From Vicinamibacteria bacterium (GTDB lineage Bacteria > Acidobacteriota > Vicinamibacteria > Marinacidobacterales > Marinacidobacteraceae): a stretch of 64,000 nucleotides of DNA. The stretch spans positions 3,488,001 to 3,552,000 of the forward strand of contig CAXXLQ010000004.1 in the NCBI GenBank assembly GCA_963668695.2, given 5' to 3'. A program made the translations under genes and the position numbers. The notes beneath the pieces are model-generated. The model saw only the letters and a program-made list of their open reading frames with translations. It had not been told where the DNA came from and ran no database searches. The first letter of the stretch is position 1. Every line of letters starts with the position of its first letter. Below, in pieces: positions 52,630-62,489 of this stretch.

Positions 52630-53499
52630 CTAAGCCGGCCGCGCGCCGGAGACGAAGTGGTAGGTGAAGAGGCCTTCCCGCAGCCCCTCGTCGTAGGCGA
52701 CGGTCGCTTCCGTGAACTCCTGGGACGCCTGGCTCACCATTCCGGCGGGGTCCACCAGGAAAGTGAACAGCAGCCACCGGTCGCGGAGTTTCTTGGTGGC
52801 GGGCGCCGCCTCCGAGGAAAGGTCCCGCTCCCTGATCCCTTCGAATCCCGCTTCGCCGAGGGTCGCGACCACGTCGCGCCACGGCTCCAGCGGCGGCATG
52901 CGCCAACCCCACTGCGTCCGGGCGTGAATCGGTTCCTGAGCTTCGGAAATCGGCGCGCCGGTCCGCAGTCCTTCGAGGGCCTGCCAGCGCCCTCCCGGCT
53001 TCAGCACGCGATAAACGCCCCGGAGGTAGGCGAGCTTGTCCGGGGCGTAGCAGAAGGACTCGTGGTTCAGAATCGCGTCGAAGCTCATGTCGGGGAACGA
53101 CAGATCCATGAAGTCCCCGTAACGGAAGTCCACGAGGTGGCCGACTCCGCGCCGCTCGGCGTGTTCCGTCGCCACCGCGATGTGGGGTTCGCAGATCGTC
53201 AGCCCGGTGACGTGGACCCCATACGCCTCCGCCAACGTGATCGCCGTCCCGCCCACCCCGCACCCCGCATCCAGCACCCGGCGCCCCGGGCCGAGGTCGC
53301 ATCCCTCCACCAGAGTCTGGTTGGCGCGCAGCAGCGCTTCCCGGTCGTTCGTCGTTTCCGGTCCCCACAGGCCGAAGTGAGTGGCCAGCAGGTCCCCGCC
53401 GAAGTTCAGCATCTGGTCCGTCAGCGCGGCGTAGTGCTCGGGAACCGAGGTCTCCCACTCGGGCGCCGCGCCTGGCGCGTTCCGGCCGCGATCCGCCAT
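52630..53499 (-). CDS. SAM-dependent methyltransferase (tocopherol/sterol-MT-like)
   Basis: HFGLW; VLDAGCGVGG; HESFCYAPDK; RVLKPGGR. Confidence 0.9.
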   Translation of the reverse strand: MADRGRNAPGAAPEWETSVPEHYAALTDQMLNFGGDLLATHFGLWGPETTNDREALLRANQTLVEGCDLGPGRRVLDAGCGVGGTAITLAEAYGVHVTGLTICEPHIAVATEHAERRGVGHLVDFRYGDFMDLSFPDMSFDAILNHESFCYAPDKLAYLRGVYRVLKPGGRWQALEGLRTGAPISEAQEPIHARTQWGWRMPPLEPWRDVVATLGEAGFEGIRERDLSSEAAPATKKLRDRWLLFTFLVDPAGMVSQASQEFTEATVAYDEGLREGLFTYHFVSGARPA

Positions 53500-53513
53500 G
53501 AAGGACTCTGCCT

Positions 53514-55037
53514 CTACGTCCGTGAAAGCCGCGGGTCTTCTCCGAAGGGCATGCCCCCTCCCCGGAACACCTGCTTCGGATCGAACTCCCGCTTCCACCG
53601 GATGCCCGTCTCCAGCGCCTCTCCGTAGTGTTCCTCCCATTCCCTGGGCCCCTAGCAGCCTGTGGACAAAGTCACGCGGCGTTCGAGCGGCGATGCATCC
53701 CGCCTGAACCGCGCCGCTTCGCTTCGCTCATCGTTGCGCTTCGGTCGAAATACACTCGGGCCAGTTCTCCCGGTGGGGGCTCCTCCCTCGCGCGCCTTGT
53801 CAGCCGGGCGCCTCGCCGCTCTCGGCGCTCACGCCACTTTATCCACAGGCTGCTAACCGACGCTGCCTGACAGATAGCTCTTTCCTCCGAGTTCCACGAG
53901 CGTTCTGTCGACTTCCTTCAGCCGGCGCGCCAGGTCTCTTGCCCGCTCGAATCGGCTCAGCACCGCAAGGATCGAATACGAAATCATGCGTTCGCCGCTT
54001 GGATGCATGAAGAGCGGGGCGTCGATCGCCCCCGCCCGGATCGGGTAGAAGCCGATCCAACTGAAGGGTGCGCGCGGCATCCCGCCCGGGTCCAGCCAAG
54101 GCTGGACGGTCAATGCTCGGAGGGTATCCCAGGGCAGGAACCAGTCCCGCCACGGGTGATGGTTCCGCCGCAGGAATCCCCATTTCGGCCACATTGCGGC
54201 GCGTCCGACTTCGGCCGTGTCGTGCACGGCTGCGATCTCGTCGTATCCCAACCCTTCGAGGGCCCTTTCTTCGTCGTGGACCTCGTCGTACTCGGCGCCG
54301 CCGCTCAAGATGATCTCCTGTTCGTGGATCCGGGTCTGGGCCCGCAGATGATCGAAGCGGCCTTCCTCGACGAGCCCTTCGAAATCACTGGCGAACCGGT
54401 CGAGATCCCGGTAGCGGAGTTCGTACAACCGGATCCGGGCGCCGGCCTTCCGCAGCCGGATCCACGCGTCGGTGATGATGCCGAAGTGCCCCTGGCCACC
54501 CCTCACGGCGTCAAATAGCTCCGCGTTCCGGGTGCGCGAACACCGGTACCGCTCACCGGTTCCGGTCACCACCTCGAGCTGCTCGACCTGGGCAATCTGC
54601 ACCCCGTACCGGTGCGAGGTGGTTCCGAGTCCCCCGGCAGACAGCGTTCCACCAACGGTCGCCTCGGCGACGTCCACGAGCACCCGGGGCAGCCGGCCGG
54701 TGCCCTCCAGCAGATCCACTATCCCGCCCCAGGGCGCTCCGCCCTGAGCGCGGATCAGGTCGCGTCCCACCGGTTCGATTCGCTTGAGCCGCATCATGTC
54801 GATGACCAGGCCACCGTCCGAGAGGCTTTGTCCACCCTGGGAGTGGCCTCCTCCGCGAACCGTCACCGGGACCTGGTCGCCGGCCGCCCGGCGGACGATG
54901 TTCGATACCTCCTCGACGCGCCCGGGAGTCGCCACCGCTCGGGGCATCCTCCGGATCATTCCTCCGAAGTCGAACGACCGTGCTTCCCGGTCTTCCGGGT
55001 TCGTGCTGACCCCGGGGAACTGACCCAGTCCGATCAT
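53514..55037 (-). pseudogene. Cytokinin-dehydrogenase-like FAD oxidoreductase, C-terminus cut off by a MITE
   Basis: RGGGHSQGGQ, TVGGTLSAGG, GGQGHFGIIT, HPW; the tail EWEEHYG...KREFDPK resumes beyond the MITE. Confidence 0.8.
53653..53855. mobile_element. MITE family A, 199-bp copy with TA duplication
   Basis: TA-GCAGCCTGTGGA...TCCACAGGCTGC-TA; cassette at 53761. Confidence 0.92.
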
Positions 55038-55093
55038 CCCAGTCCGATCATCCCAGTCCGATCATCCCAGTCCGGTCATCCCAGTCCGATCAT
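55024..55093. repeat. 14-bp tandem repeat x5 spanning the oxidoreductase start codon
   Basis: cccagtccgatcat x5, one copy with a substitution. Confidence 0.95.
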
Positions 55094-55132
55094 CCAGCCC
55101 ACGCCTCCCGGCCGGCGGTGCGGCGCTGCCCA

Positions 55133-56548
55133 CTATTCGCCGGCGGCGCGACGGGCGGCGATGGCTTCGAGGGCCTCGGCGATGTCGGCGGCGCTCAGGT
55201 AGCGGCCCCCCGCTACGACTCCCGCGATCTCGCGGGTGGCTCCGATGTCTTCGAGGGGATTCGACTCCAGGAGGAGCAGGTCCGCCCGGTTTCCGGGCGC
55301 GATGACCCCGAAATCGGCGGCGATTCGTCCACCGCGGGCAACGTGCTCGGCGACGATCCGGGTTCCGGATTCCAACACCTCATAAGGAGTCATGCCCGCC
55401 TCGACGTAGGACGCCGCCTCCCGGTGGATCGAAAATCCGGGGACGCTGAAGATCTGCGGCGAATCCGTGCCGAGGAGGATGCGCGCGCCGGCCTCATCCA
55501 ACGCGCCGAGGATTTCCCGCCGGAGAGCCGCGATCCGCCGGGTGTTCTCGGCCCCGTAACGCTCGAGCCCGGAGTCCACCGCCTCCGTCCAATTGGCGAC
55601 CGTCTCGACGGGCATGTACCGGATCTCCGGCCTTTCCGCCTTGAGATCATCGGACGGCCGCGTCGGCAGGATCCCCGACTCCCAGAGGACGATCGTGGGC
55701 ACGACCCCCGACCCGCTGGCTTGGAGCGCCTCGATCACCGCGGGCAGCCGGTCCCGGTCCACGAGTTCCGAGAGCCCCGCTATTCCCCTCAGCGCCTCCA
55801 TCCCGCCGCGGGATTCCTCCGGAATCAGCGCCTCGACGAAGTTGTCGAGGTGGTCCACGGTGTCCTGGCCGGCTGCGAGCGCGGCAAGGAGACCAACCTC
55901 ATCCGAGACGTGCCCGGCGAACGGAATCCCGACCTCCCTCGCGGTCTCCGCGAGCGCGGCGTAGGTCTCGGGAGAGAGCCCTTCGTGGACCTTGAGGAGA
56001 TCGAAGCCCGCATCGTGGTACGCCCGAACCAATCGGACCGCCTCGTCCGGCGTTTCGATGCGGCCGCTCATGGAGGGACTGCCAACGATCAGCCGGGGCC
56101 CGATGAGTTGGCCTGCCTCGATCCCGTCGCGGAGTTCGAGCTGGCTCTCGTGCCCCTGCATCCCGCGGACGGTGGTCACCCCATTGGCCACGTAGAGCAT
56201 CAGCACGTCTTCGGTGAGCGCCGGAGGGCTGTTCGCTCCGGGAAGGTGGCCGTGCATCTCGACGAGTCCGGGAATCAGGAAGCGGCCTGCTCCGGACACT
56301 ACGGCGGTATCGGCCCCGAGCGTGACCTCCGCGGCCGGCAGCACCGCCGCGATGCGGCCGTTCTCCACCAACACCGTGTGGTCTGCCAACACCCGTTCGC
56401 TGTCCATCGGGAGGACCGTCGCCGAAACGATCGCGAGATCCGCGCCGGGCACGGTCGGCTCCGGCGCGCAGCCAAGGTTCGCGAGCAGCAGCGAGAGCGG
56501 CAGGACGGGGAGGCTCCGGGACCTCGCGTCACGTTTCGTTCGGATCAT
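55133..56548 (-). CDS. Amidohydrolase family lipoprotein
   Basis: IPGLVEMHGH; NGVTTVR; LGTDS; ADLLLL..NPL; lipobox NLGC. Confidence 0.92.
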   Translation of the reverse strand: MIRTKRDARSRSLPVLPLSLLLANLGCAPEPTVPGADLAIVSATVLPMDSERVLADHTVLVENGRIAAVLPAAEVTLGADTAVVSGAGRFLIPGLVEMHGHLPGANSPPALTEDVLMLYVANGVTTVRGMQGHESQLELRDGIEAGQLIGPRLIVGSPSMSGRIETPDEAVRLVRAYHDAGFDLLKVHEGLSPETYAALAETAREVGIPFAGHVSDEVGLLAALAAGQDTVDHLDNFVEALIPEESRGGMEALRGIAGLSELVDRDRLPAVIEALQASGSGVVPTIVLWESGILPTRPSDDLKAERPEIRYMPVETVANWTEAVDSGLERYGAENTRRIAALRREILGALDEAGARILLGTDSPQIFSVPGFSIHREAASYVEAGMTPYEVLESGTRIVAEHVARGGRIAADFGVIAPGNRADLLLLESNPLEDIGATREIAGVVAGGRYLSAADIAEALEAIAARRAAGE

Positions 56549-56651
56549 CGGCGCCTCCCCGGACAAATCCGGTGCGGACGCGGATTATCCAACGGCGGCA
56601 CCGGGCCCCGATGGCGGAGTGGGAAACTAACCGCCGGAGGACGAAGTTGTA

Positions 56652-57722
56652 GTGACGCTGCGGATCGAGATCTGGGGGCCGCCGCTCGGGCCCGTGACCG
56701 GCGGGAACATCTACGACCGGATGCTCGCCCAGGGACTTCGGGCGCGGGGCCACGACGTGACGATTCGCGAGTTCGGCGGCGGGAGCGGGAACGCCCGGAG
56801 CGGGAACGCCCAAGATCCGTCCCGACCGCCCGACGTGGTGCTGCAGGACGAACTGCTGCACCCGACGTTCCTCCGCAAGAACCTGTCCTGGAAGAGGCCC
56901 CGGCCGCGCATCGTCGCGCTTGTCCACCACCTGCAGAGTTCCGAACCCGAGCGGGGCGAAGCGGAACTTGGGCGGCTCCGGCAGGAGGAGCGCGCGTACC
57001 TGGAGACCGTAGACGGCGTCCTTTCCCCGAGCCGGGCCAGCGTGGAAGCGGCCCGCCAGCTCTCCGGAAGACCGCTTCCGGCCGCGGTTGCAGCTCCGGG
57101 ACGGGACCGGTTCGCGGGAGCGGCGCTGCCTCCGCTCCCCGGCCCGAGCGAGATCTCGGCCCGCGCCTCCGGGCCGCTCACGGCGGCCTTCGTCGCGAAC
57201 CTCATCCCCCGGAAACGGCTGCTCGAAGTGCTGGAAGCAGTGGCCACCGTTCCGGAGTGGTCGCTCTCGGTCGCCGGACGTGAAGATGTCGACCCGGGCT
57301 ATGCCGACCGGGCGCGCCGGCGAGCCGCCGCTTCCGACCTCCGCGGGCGGGTGACCTTCGAGGGAGTGCTCGGACCCGAGGCGTTGGCCGCGCTCCTCCG
57401 GAAGAGTTGCCTGCTGGTAGTCCCCTCGACCCACGAGGGGTTCGGGATCGTCTATCTGGAGGGGTTCGCGTTCGGCCTCCCGGCACTCGCCGCAGCCTCC
57501 GGCGGCGCCCCGGAAGTCGTGAGCGAAGGCGAAACCGGCTGGCTGATTCGCTCCCCGGACGGCAAGGGCGCCTCGGAGCGCGTCGCCGAATGTCTACGTC
57601 TGCTCGCCGCAGATCGCGGCCGCCTGGCCACCATGGGGCTCCGCGCCGCCGCACGACACCGTAGGCATCCCACCTGGGGGCAGAGTTCGGCCACGGCGGA
57701 AGGGGTCCTCGCGCCTCGATAG
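56652..57722 (+). CDS. Glycosyltransferase family 4
   Basis: TGGNIYD; LVHH; NLIPRK; PSTHEGFGIVYLEG. Confidence 0.9.
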   Translation: MTLRIEIWGPPLGPVTGGNIYDRMLAQGLRARGHDVTIREFGGGSGNARSGNAQDPSRPPDVVLQDELLHPTFLRKNLSWKRPRPRIVALVHHLQSSEPERGEAELGRLRQEERAYLETVDGVLSPSRASVEAARQLSGRPLPAAVAAPGRDRFAGAALPPLPGPSEISARASGPLTAAFVANLIPRKRLLEVLEAVATVPEWSLSVAGREDVDPGYADRARRRAAASDLRGRVTFEGVLGPEALAALLRKSCLLVVPSTHEGFGIVYLEGFAFGLPALAAASGGAPEVVSEGETGWLIRSPDGKGASERVAECLRLLAADRGRLATMGLRAAARHRRHPTWGQSSATAEGVLAPR

Positions 57723-57759
57723 GCCGGTCTCGGCGCAGGACCGGAACCGAAATCCCGCC

Positions 57760-58316
57760 CCAAGCTGGGCGACGGCCGCTCCCGCCGACAAGTAGTCTCC
57801 GGGAGACGACCGGAGGGTCATGATCTCGCCGGCGAGCTGGCTGACGATCAGTTCTCGGGCGGAACGTCGGGCCTCGATCTCAAGGAGCGCGGCAAGGGCC
57901 GTATCGAGCACCGAGCGAAGTCCGCCGCCGCCGCCAGCCTGCCGGATTTCGGTTTCGAGCAACTCCACCCGTTCGCGCAGGGCCTCCGTCTCGCGTTCGA
58001 GGCCCGGCGCCGTCTGCCGGGCGATGGCATCCCCGGCCTCGGCGCGGTCCCCAGGAACGACCAGGACTTCCACGAGGTGCCCGGGCTCGGCTGCCATCAC
58101 CTCGTAGCGATCGCCGGGCTCGATCAGAACCCCTTCCAGCCTGAGGCCGAGGGTGATGCTGCCGAAGAAGGCCCAAACCGCCAAGGCCAGCAGGAGCACG
58201 CCGATTCCCGCCAGCAGGAGGCGCTCGTGCGGCGCCGTTACCCGGAGCAGGTGGTCGAGCTGCTGGCGCTGATCCTTGCTGGCCAGAGCCTTTTCAAGGA
58301 ACTCTTTCCTGAACAC
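57760..58316 (-). pseudogene. NHLP/HlyD-type bacteriocin secretion protein, C-terminally truncated
   Basis: MFRKE..A....QLDHLLRVT, one TM and a lipoyl-like hairpin; the ORF then runs into the GT4 gene antisense. Confidence 0.65.
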
Positions 58317-58370
58317 GGGGTGGTAATGCTCGGACCCGCCGGGGCGGGCCGGCAGAATACCAAACCGGAA

Positions 58371-59255
58371 TTACAGTTCGTGACGTAGTAGCAGCGGGAC
58401 ACCGCTCGTCTTCCCGCAACAAATCAGCCAGCCGAAGAAAACGGCCGCGAGCCCCCACCATCCGGTGGGGAAACCGGCCAGCCCGAGGATGCCCAGGGCG
58501 GCGGCAAGGAGAACGGCCGGCCGGCTGACAAAACGACGAAGTCCCTGCAGACGGGCAACCATGCGACGCGAACCGGCGCCCTGCGGATCCAGCCGGCCGC
58601 TCGCCAGCAGGTAGTCGCGAGCAAAGCCGGCCAGGAACGGGATTCCGAGCGCGAGCGTCGAAGGGAGCGCCCACTCGGGTTCGATACCCGGCACCAGGCA
58701 CACGGCGAGCAGGCCCATCTGGAATCCGGCGAGGCGGCGCCGGAACGAGCTCGGGGGTAGGTCGGCCAGTTGGCCGCCGAGCCGCCGCTCGACGAAGAGC
58801 GCCGCGCCGAAGAGATACCGGCCGAAGCCGGCGGCCAAATACCAGAGCGGCAACACTCCCGCGATGAGAACGGCGATCCCGCTCGCCGCCGCCAGACCGA
58901 GGGCGTCGGTTTCTGCGTCGAGCCGGGCGCCGAAAGCGCTCTCCGTACCCATGCGCCGGGCGACGACCCCGTCGAGCCCATCGGCGAGCGCGGCCAGACC
59001 GTACGCCAGCGCCGGAGCCCAGCCGAGCGCGTCACCGGCCTCCCGGACGAAAGCGAGCGACACCGCCATAAAGCCGCCGAGTCCGGCGAATACGACCAGC
59101 CGGGCGAGGGTGATCGCGTTCGCGGCCCCCAGCCGGCCCGGCGCCGGAGCGCCGTCCCGCCCGAACCGGACGGCGCGCACTACCAGAACGAACAGCGCCA
59201 GACCGATCAGGCCGGCGCTGGCGGCCAGCCCGCCCGGAAGGTCGGCCAGGGTCAA
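58371..59255 (-). CDS. CDP-alcohol phosphatidyltransferase family protein
   Basis: ANAITLAR; DGLDGVVAR...FGARLDAETD. Confidence 0.92.
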   Translation of the reverse strand: MTLADLPGGLAASAGLIGLALFVLVVRAVRFGRDGAPAPGRLGAANAITLARLVVFAGLGGFMAVSLAFVREAGDALGWAPALAYGLAALADGLDGVVARRMGTESAFGARLDAETDALGLAAASGIAVLIAGVLPLWYLAAGFGRYLFGAALFVERRLGGQLADLPPSSFRRRLAGFQMGLLAVCLVPGIEPEWALPSTLALGIPFLAGFARDYLLASGRLDPQGAGSRRMVARLQGLRRFVSRPAVLLAAALGILGLAGFPTGWWGLAAVFFGWLICCGKTSGVPLLLRHEL

Positions 59256-59737
59256 AACCGGTACCCGAGGCTCAGCTTGAAGCGGCGCTGTTTGGGACTA
59301 TGGGTCAGGGAGTCGTACGCCAGCTCGTAGTTCACGAGCGGCGGCGCGCTGCCGGCGAGGTTGAGCGCCGAGCCGGTCACGGTGAACAGCCTGTGGTGAA
59401 ACCCGCGTGAGCGCCGAGGCCGGTGAGGCCCAGTTCTCCCGGTGGGGCCAGTTCTCCCGGTGGGGGCCCGGCTGACAAGGCGCGTGAGGGAGGAGCCCCC
59501 ACCGGGAGAACTGGCCCGGGTGTATTTCGACCGAAACGCAACGCAGAACGCAGCGAAGCGGAGTGGTTCAGCCGGGATGGATCGCCGGTCGAACGCCGCG
59601 TGGGTTTTGCCACAGGCTGTTAACCCACTATCGGGCCAGCGGTACTGCTGGCCGGCCGCGGCCAAAGGCGCCGCCACCAACGCGAACAGAGCCACCTTGG
59701 CCCAGAACACCAACCGATTCGTACATCCTGACAGCAT
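59252..59737 (-). pseudogene. TonB-dependent-receptor-like remnant (signal peptide + last ~50 aa) with in-frame MITE
   Basis: Signal peptide; NL...PPLVN..LAYDSLTHSP..RRFKLSLGYRF barrel-type C-terminus. Confidence 0.55.
59384..59622. mobile_element. MITE family A copy with three cassettes
   Basis: ACAGCCTGTGG...CCACAGGCTGT-TA; cassettes at 59430, 59448 and 59495. Confidence 0.9.
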
Positions 59738-59863
59738 CGCAACACCCCCTTGGCCGTTACGAAAGCCGTGTCGAATTTACCCGACGCCCGTGCGGGCGTG
59801 CGTTCGCTGACACGGAGCGCGGCGGCTGGCCGGCGCCGATCAGCGCCTTTCGAGGATCGCCGG

Positions 59864-60883
59864 CTAACAGCCGGTGGTGGATCGGGTGGTCGAAGTTGTC
59901 AGCACCGCCAGCTCGACCGGGGGTTGAATCCCCGGCGTGCACTTGAGGGCGTGGAAGGTCGGGGTGCGGTTCAGCGCATCGTCTTCGATGGCGTCGGCCC
60001 GCAGTTTCAGGTGGGCGAATGTCTCACGGGTTGGAGCGAGGTGTCCGCCTCGAAGGCCCGCGGGCAGCATTTTCAAACTGACCGTCCCCCGCACGTTGCC
60101 GCCGATGGCCAGAATGCGTTCGCGATCCGGCTCCACCTTGACGACGATGTCGCAATGCATGCGGGCGCCGACGCCGAGATGACGGCGCCGCTGGGCGATG
60201 GACGTGTAGCTCGCCCGCCGGCTGCTGCACAGCAGATCGCCCGGCTCGACGGCGGTGTCGCCGGCGTCGTAGGCGGTGAACGCAGCCGGTGAAGACCCGG
60301 CATCGCGGGCGCGGATGGCTTGATCGACGTAGACGTGGTGGGCGATCGAGCGTCGGAACTGAGTCGAGCCGCCGAGTCCGGCCTCGCACATCACCCAGGA
60401 GACGAATGCCGCGGACCAGGGATCGCGCCAGCGCGAGGCCAGGCCATCCGGACCGTTCCACCTCCCGTTCTGACGATCGACCATCCAGGATCCCCGCGGC
60501 GTCGCCGCCCAATAACCGGCGATGGTCGATGCTACGCGGGCCCCCTCGATGGGGTCGACGCGCCGCCTCCACCATCGATACCGGCTTCGAGAGCTGGGAC
60601 GCTCCTCGATGGTCTGGTCCACCATCGAAAACCCGAAGAAGCCCCATTCCTGTACCGCGACGTCCACGATGCGCCGCCGCGTTTCTCCGGTTGGCAGGTT
60701 CCGGCAAGCGCTGGACTGGACGCTCATTTGTCCCGGCGGACCGTCCACCCCTGCCGAAGGCGGCGTGGCGTCGAACCGCTCGGGAGGAAGTCGTTCGAAG
60801 GGTTGGGGTTGCGCAAGCCCGTTGGCCGTTAGCGCCAGGATCGCCACGGCGCCCGCGAGTGTCAGAGAGATCGTCTTCATCAA
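59864..60883 (-). CDS. DUF2272-domain secreted protein (CHAP-like)
   Basis: PWSAAFVSWVM; GDLLC; HCDIVV; IGGNV. Confidence 0.8.
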   Translation of the reverse strand: MMKTISLTLAGAVAILALTANGLAQPQPFERLPPERFDATPPSAGVDGPPGQMSVQSSACRNLPTGETRRRIVDVAVQEWGFFGFSMVDQTIEERPSSRSRYRWWRRRVDPIEGARVASTIAGYWAATPRGSWMVDRQNGRWNGPDGLASRWRDPWSAAFVSWVMCEAGLGGSTQFRRSIAHHVYVDQAIRARDAGSSPAAFTAYDAGDTAVEPGDLLCSSRRASYTSIAQRRRHLGVGARMHCDIVVKVEPDRERILAIGGNVRGTVSLKMLPAGLRGGHLAPTRETFAHLKLRADAIEDDALNRTPTFHALKCTPGIQPPVELAVLTTSTTRSTTGC

Positions 60884-60896
60884 CGGTCACAACATA

Positions 60897-62489
60897 TCAA
60901 CGCGCCACGCCCTTGGCAGGCGCCCGGTCGGGAAAGAGCGCCGAGAGGTCGTGGGGAAAATCGCTCATTCGCCACGAGGTACCCGCATCGGGAACGAGCG
61001 TGCGGGTGAAGCCGAGTGCTTCCCAGGGACCAAGGAGTTCCGGGTCCCGGGAAAAGAGATGGATGGGAGTCGCCCAGGTGTCGCTGTCGTGCAGCGAGAG
61101 CTTCGGCGGCTGGTGGTCCCCGATCACGGCCACCAGCGCCCGGCGCGGCGCGAACTCGCGGAGGAAGCCGCCGAGGATCCGGAACTGGTACTCGAGGGCG
61201 GTGACGTAACGCTCGGAGAGTTCGGCGAGATCCCGGTAGTCGTCGTGAGCCACCGAGCGGAGCGGCCCCTCGTAGGCGGTTCCCGCGTCGAACCGGCTCC
61301 ACGGGGTGACATACGGCGGTATCGGCCAGTAGGGGATGTGGCTCATGATGAGCGAGACCTTGGCGAACAGCGGCTGGGTAGCGGTTCGGATCTCCCTCTC
61401 GTGGAGCGCATAGAGCGTGAACTGGTCCGGAACCTCCCACCAGCCCATCGCCGGCCCGCGGTAGCCGATTCCCGCGCGGTCGTAGATGTGATCGAAGCCG
61501 TACCAATCGCCCTCGGGCCACGCCCCCTGGATTCCCGGCTCGAACGCCACCGTCCGGTAACCGGCTTGCGCGAAGAGCCGTGCCAGGCTGACCCGGTCCG
61601 AGCGGACGAGCGCTTCGTAGCGCGCCTCCCGATCCACCCAGAGCCCGGAGAGGAGGGAAGCGTGGGCCCGCCAGGATCCGCCCCCGAAGGTGGGGCTCTG
61701 GATCTGGGCGGACCGGAAATCGAACCCCGCGGCCTCCGCGTCGGCGGCCCAGCGAGCCGCCGCTTCCCGGAGGCGCGATCCCCGCTCGGCGTCCTCGAAA
61801 GCCGCCACCCCGTAGGACTCCACGAAGATCACGTAGAGGTCGGCCCCTCCGAGGTCGGGCGCCCCGGGAAGCGGAGGCTCGGTCAGGGTGACTGCCCGGT
61901 CGATGACCGGAGCGGAGACGATCCGGAGGGCTGACCAGGCGGCCGATCCCCCGGGCGGCGACAGGTTTGGAAGGAGCAGCAAGACGCCGGCGGCCAGCGC
62001 GACCCCCACGCGGGAGCGACGGGTCAGGCGCCCGACCCGCGCGGCCAGAATGGCCATCGCCCACCAGTTGATCGCCACCACCACCGCGAGCAGCAGCGCG
62101 GCCAGTGGAACCGCGAGCCCGAGGGTCCAGGGAGACACCACCGTGCCGAGCATTTCGGCCACGTTGCCGAGGTGCGGCAGATCCCCGGCCGGGTCGAGCG
62201 GGCGGCCGAGCAGCTCGCGGGCGATCAGGTCCCCGATCCGCGCGGCGGCGGCAACGAGTACCGCGGACACCAGCACTCCCCGGAACCACCGCGGAAGGGT
62301 CGGCAAGCTGCGGGGGAGGAGGACGCCCAGAATCAGGAGGACGAGGACATCCGGCGAAACGGCGGCGACCGCACGCACCCAGGGCGGTTCGGGAGAAGCG
62401 GAGAGGGTGAGCAGCAGGTTCAGCCAGACAAGTGCGAGCAGTGCCAGCGGCCAGCCGCCCCGGCCCGCTTCGGCAGGCGTCCGGTTCAC
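60897..62489 (-). CDS. Membrane-anchored sulfatase/alkaline-phosphatase-superfamily protein
   Basis: N-terminal TMs; FVESYG; SPTFGGGSW; SHIPY; GDHQP. Confidence 0.85.
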   Translation of the reverse strand: MNRTPAEAGRGGWPLALLALVWLNLLLTLSASPEPPWVRAVAAVSPDVLVLLILGVLLPRSLPTLPRWFRGVLVSAVLVAAAARIGDLIARELLGRPLDPAGDLPHLGNVAEMLGTVVSPWTLGLAVPLAALLLAVVVAINWWAMAILAARVGRLTRRSRVGVALAAGVLLLLPNLSPPGGSAAWSALRIVSAPVIDRAVTLTEPPLPGAPDLGGADLYVIFVESYGVAAFEDAERGSRLREAAARWAADAEAAGFDFRSAQIQSPTFGGGSWRAHASLLSGLWVDREARYEALVRSDRVSLARLFAQAGYRTVAFEPGIQGAWPEGDWYGFDHIYDRAGIGYRGPAMGWWEVPDQFTLYALHEREIRTATQPLFAKVSLIMSHIPYWPIPPYVTPWSRFDAGTAYEGPLRSVAHDDYRDLAELSERYVTALEYQFRILGGFLREFAPRRALVAVIGDHQPPKLSLHDSDTWATPIHLFSRDPELLGPWEALGFTRTLVPDAGTSWRMSDFPHDLSALFPDRAPAKGVAR

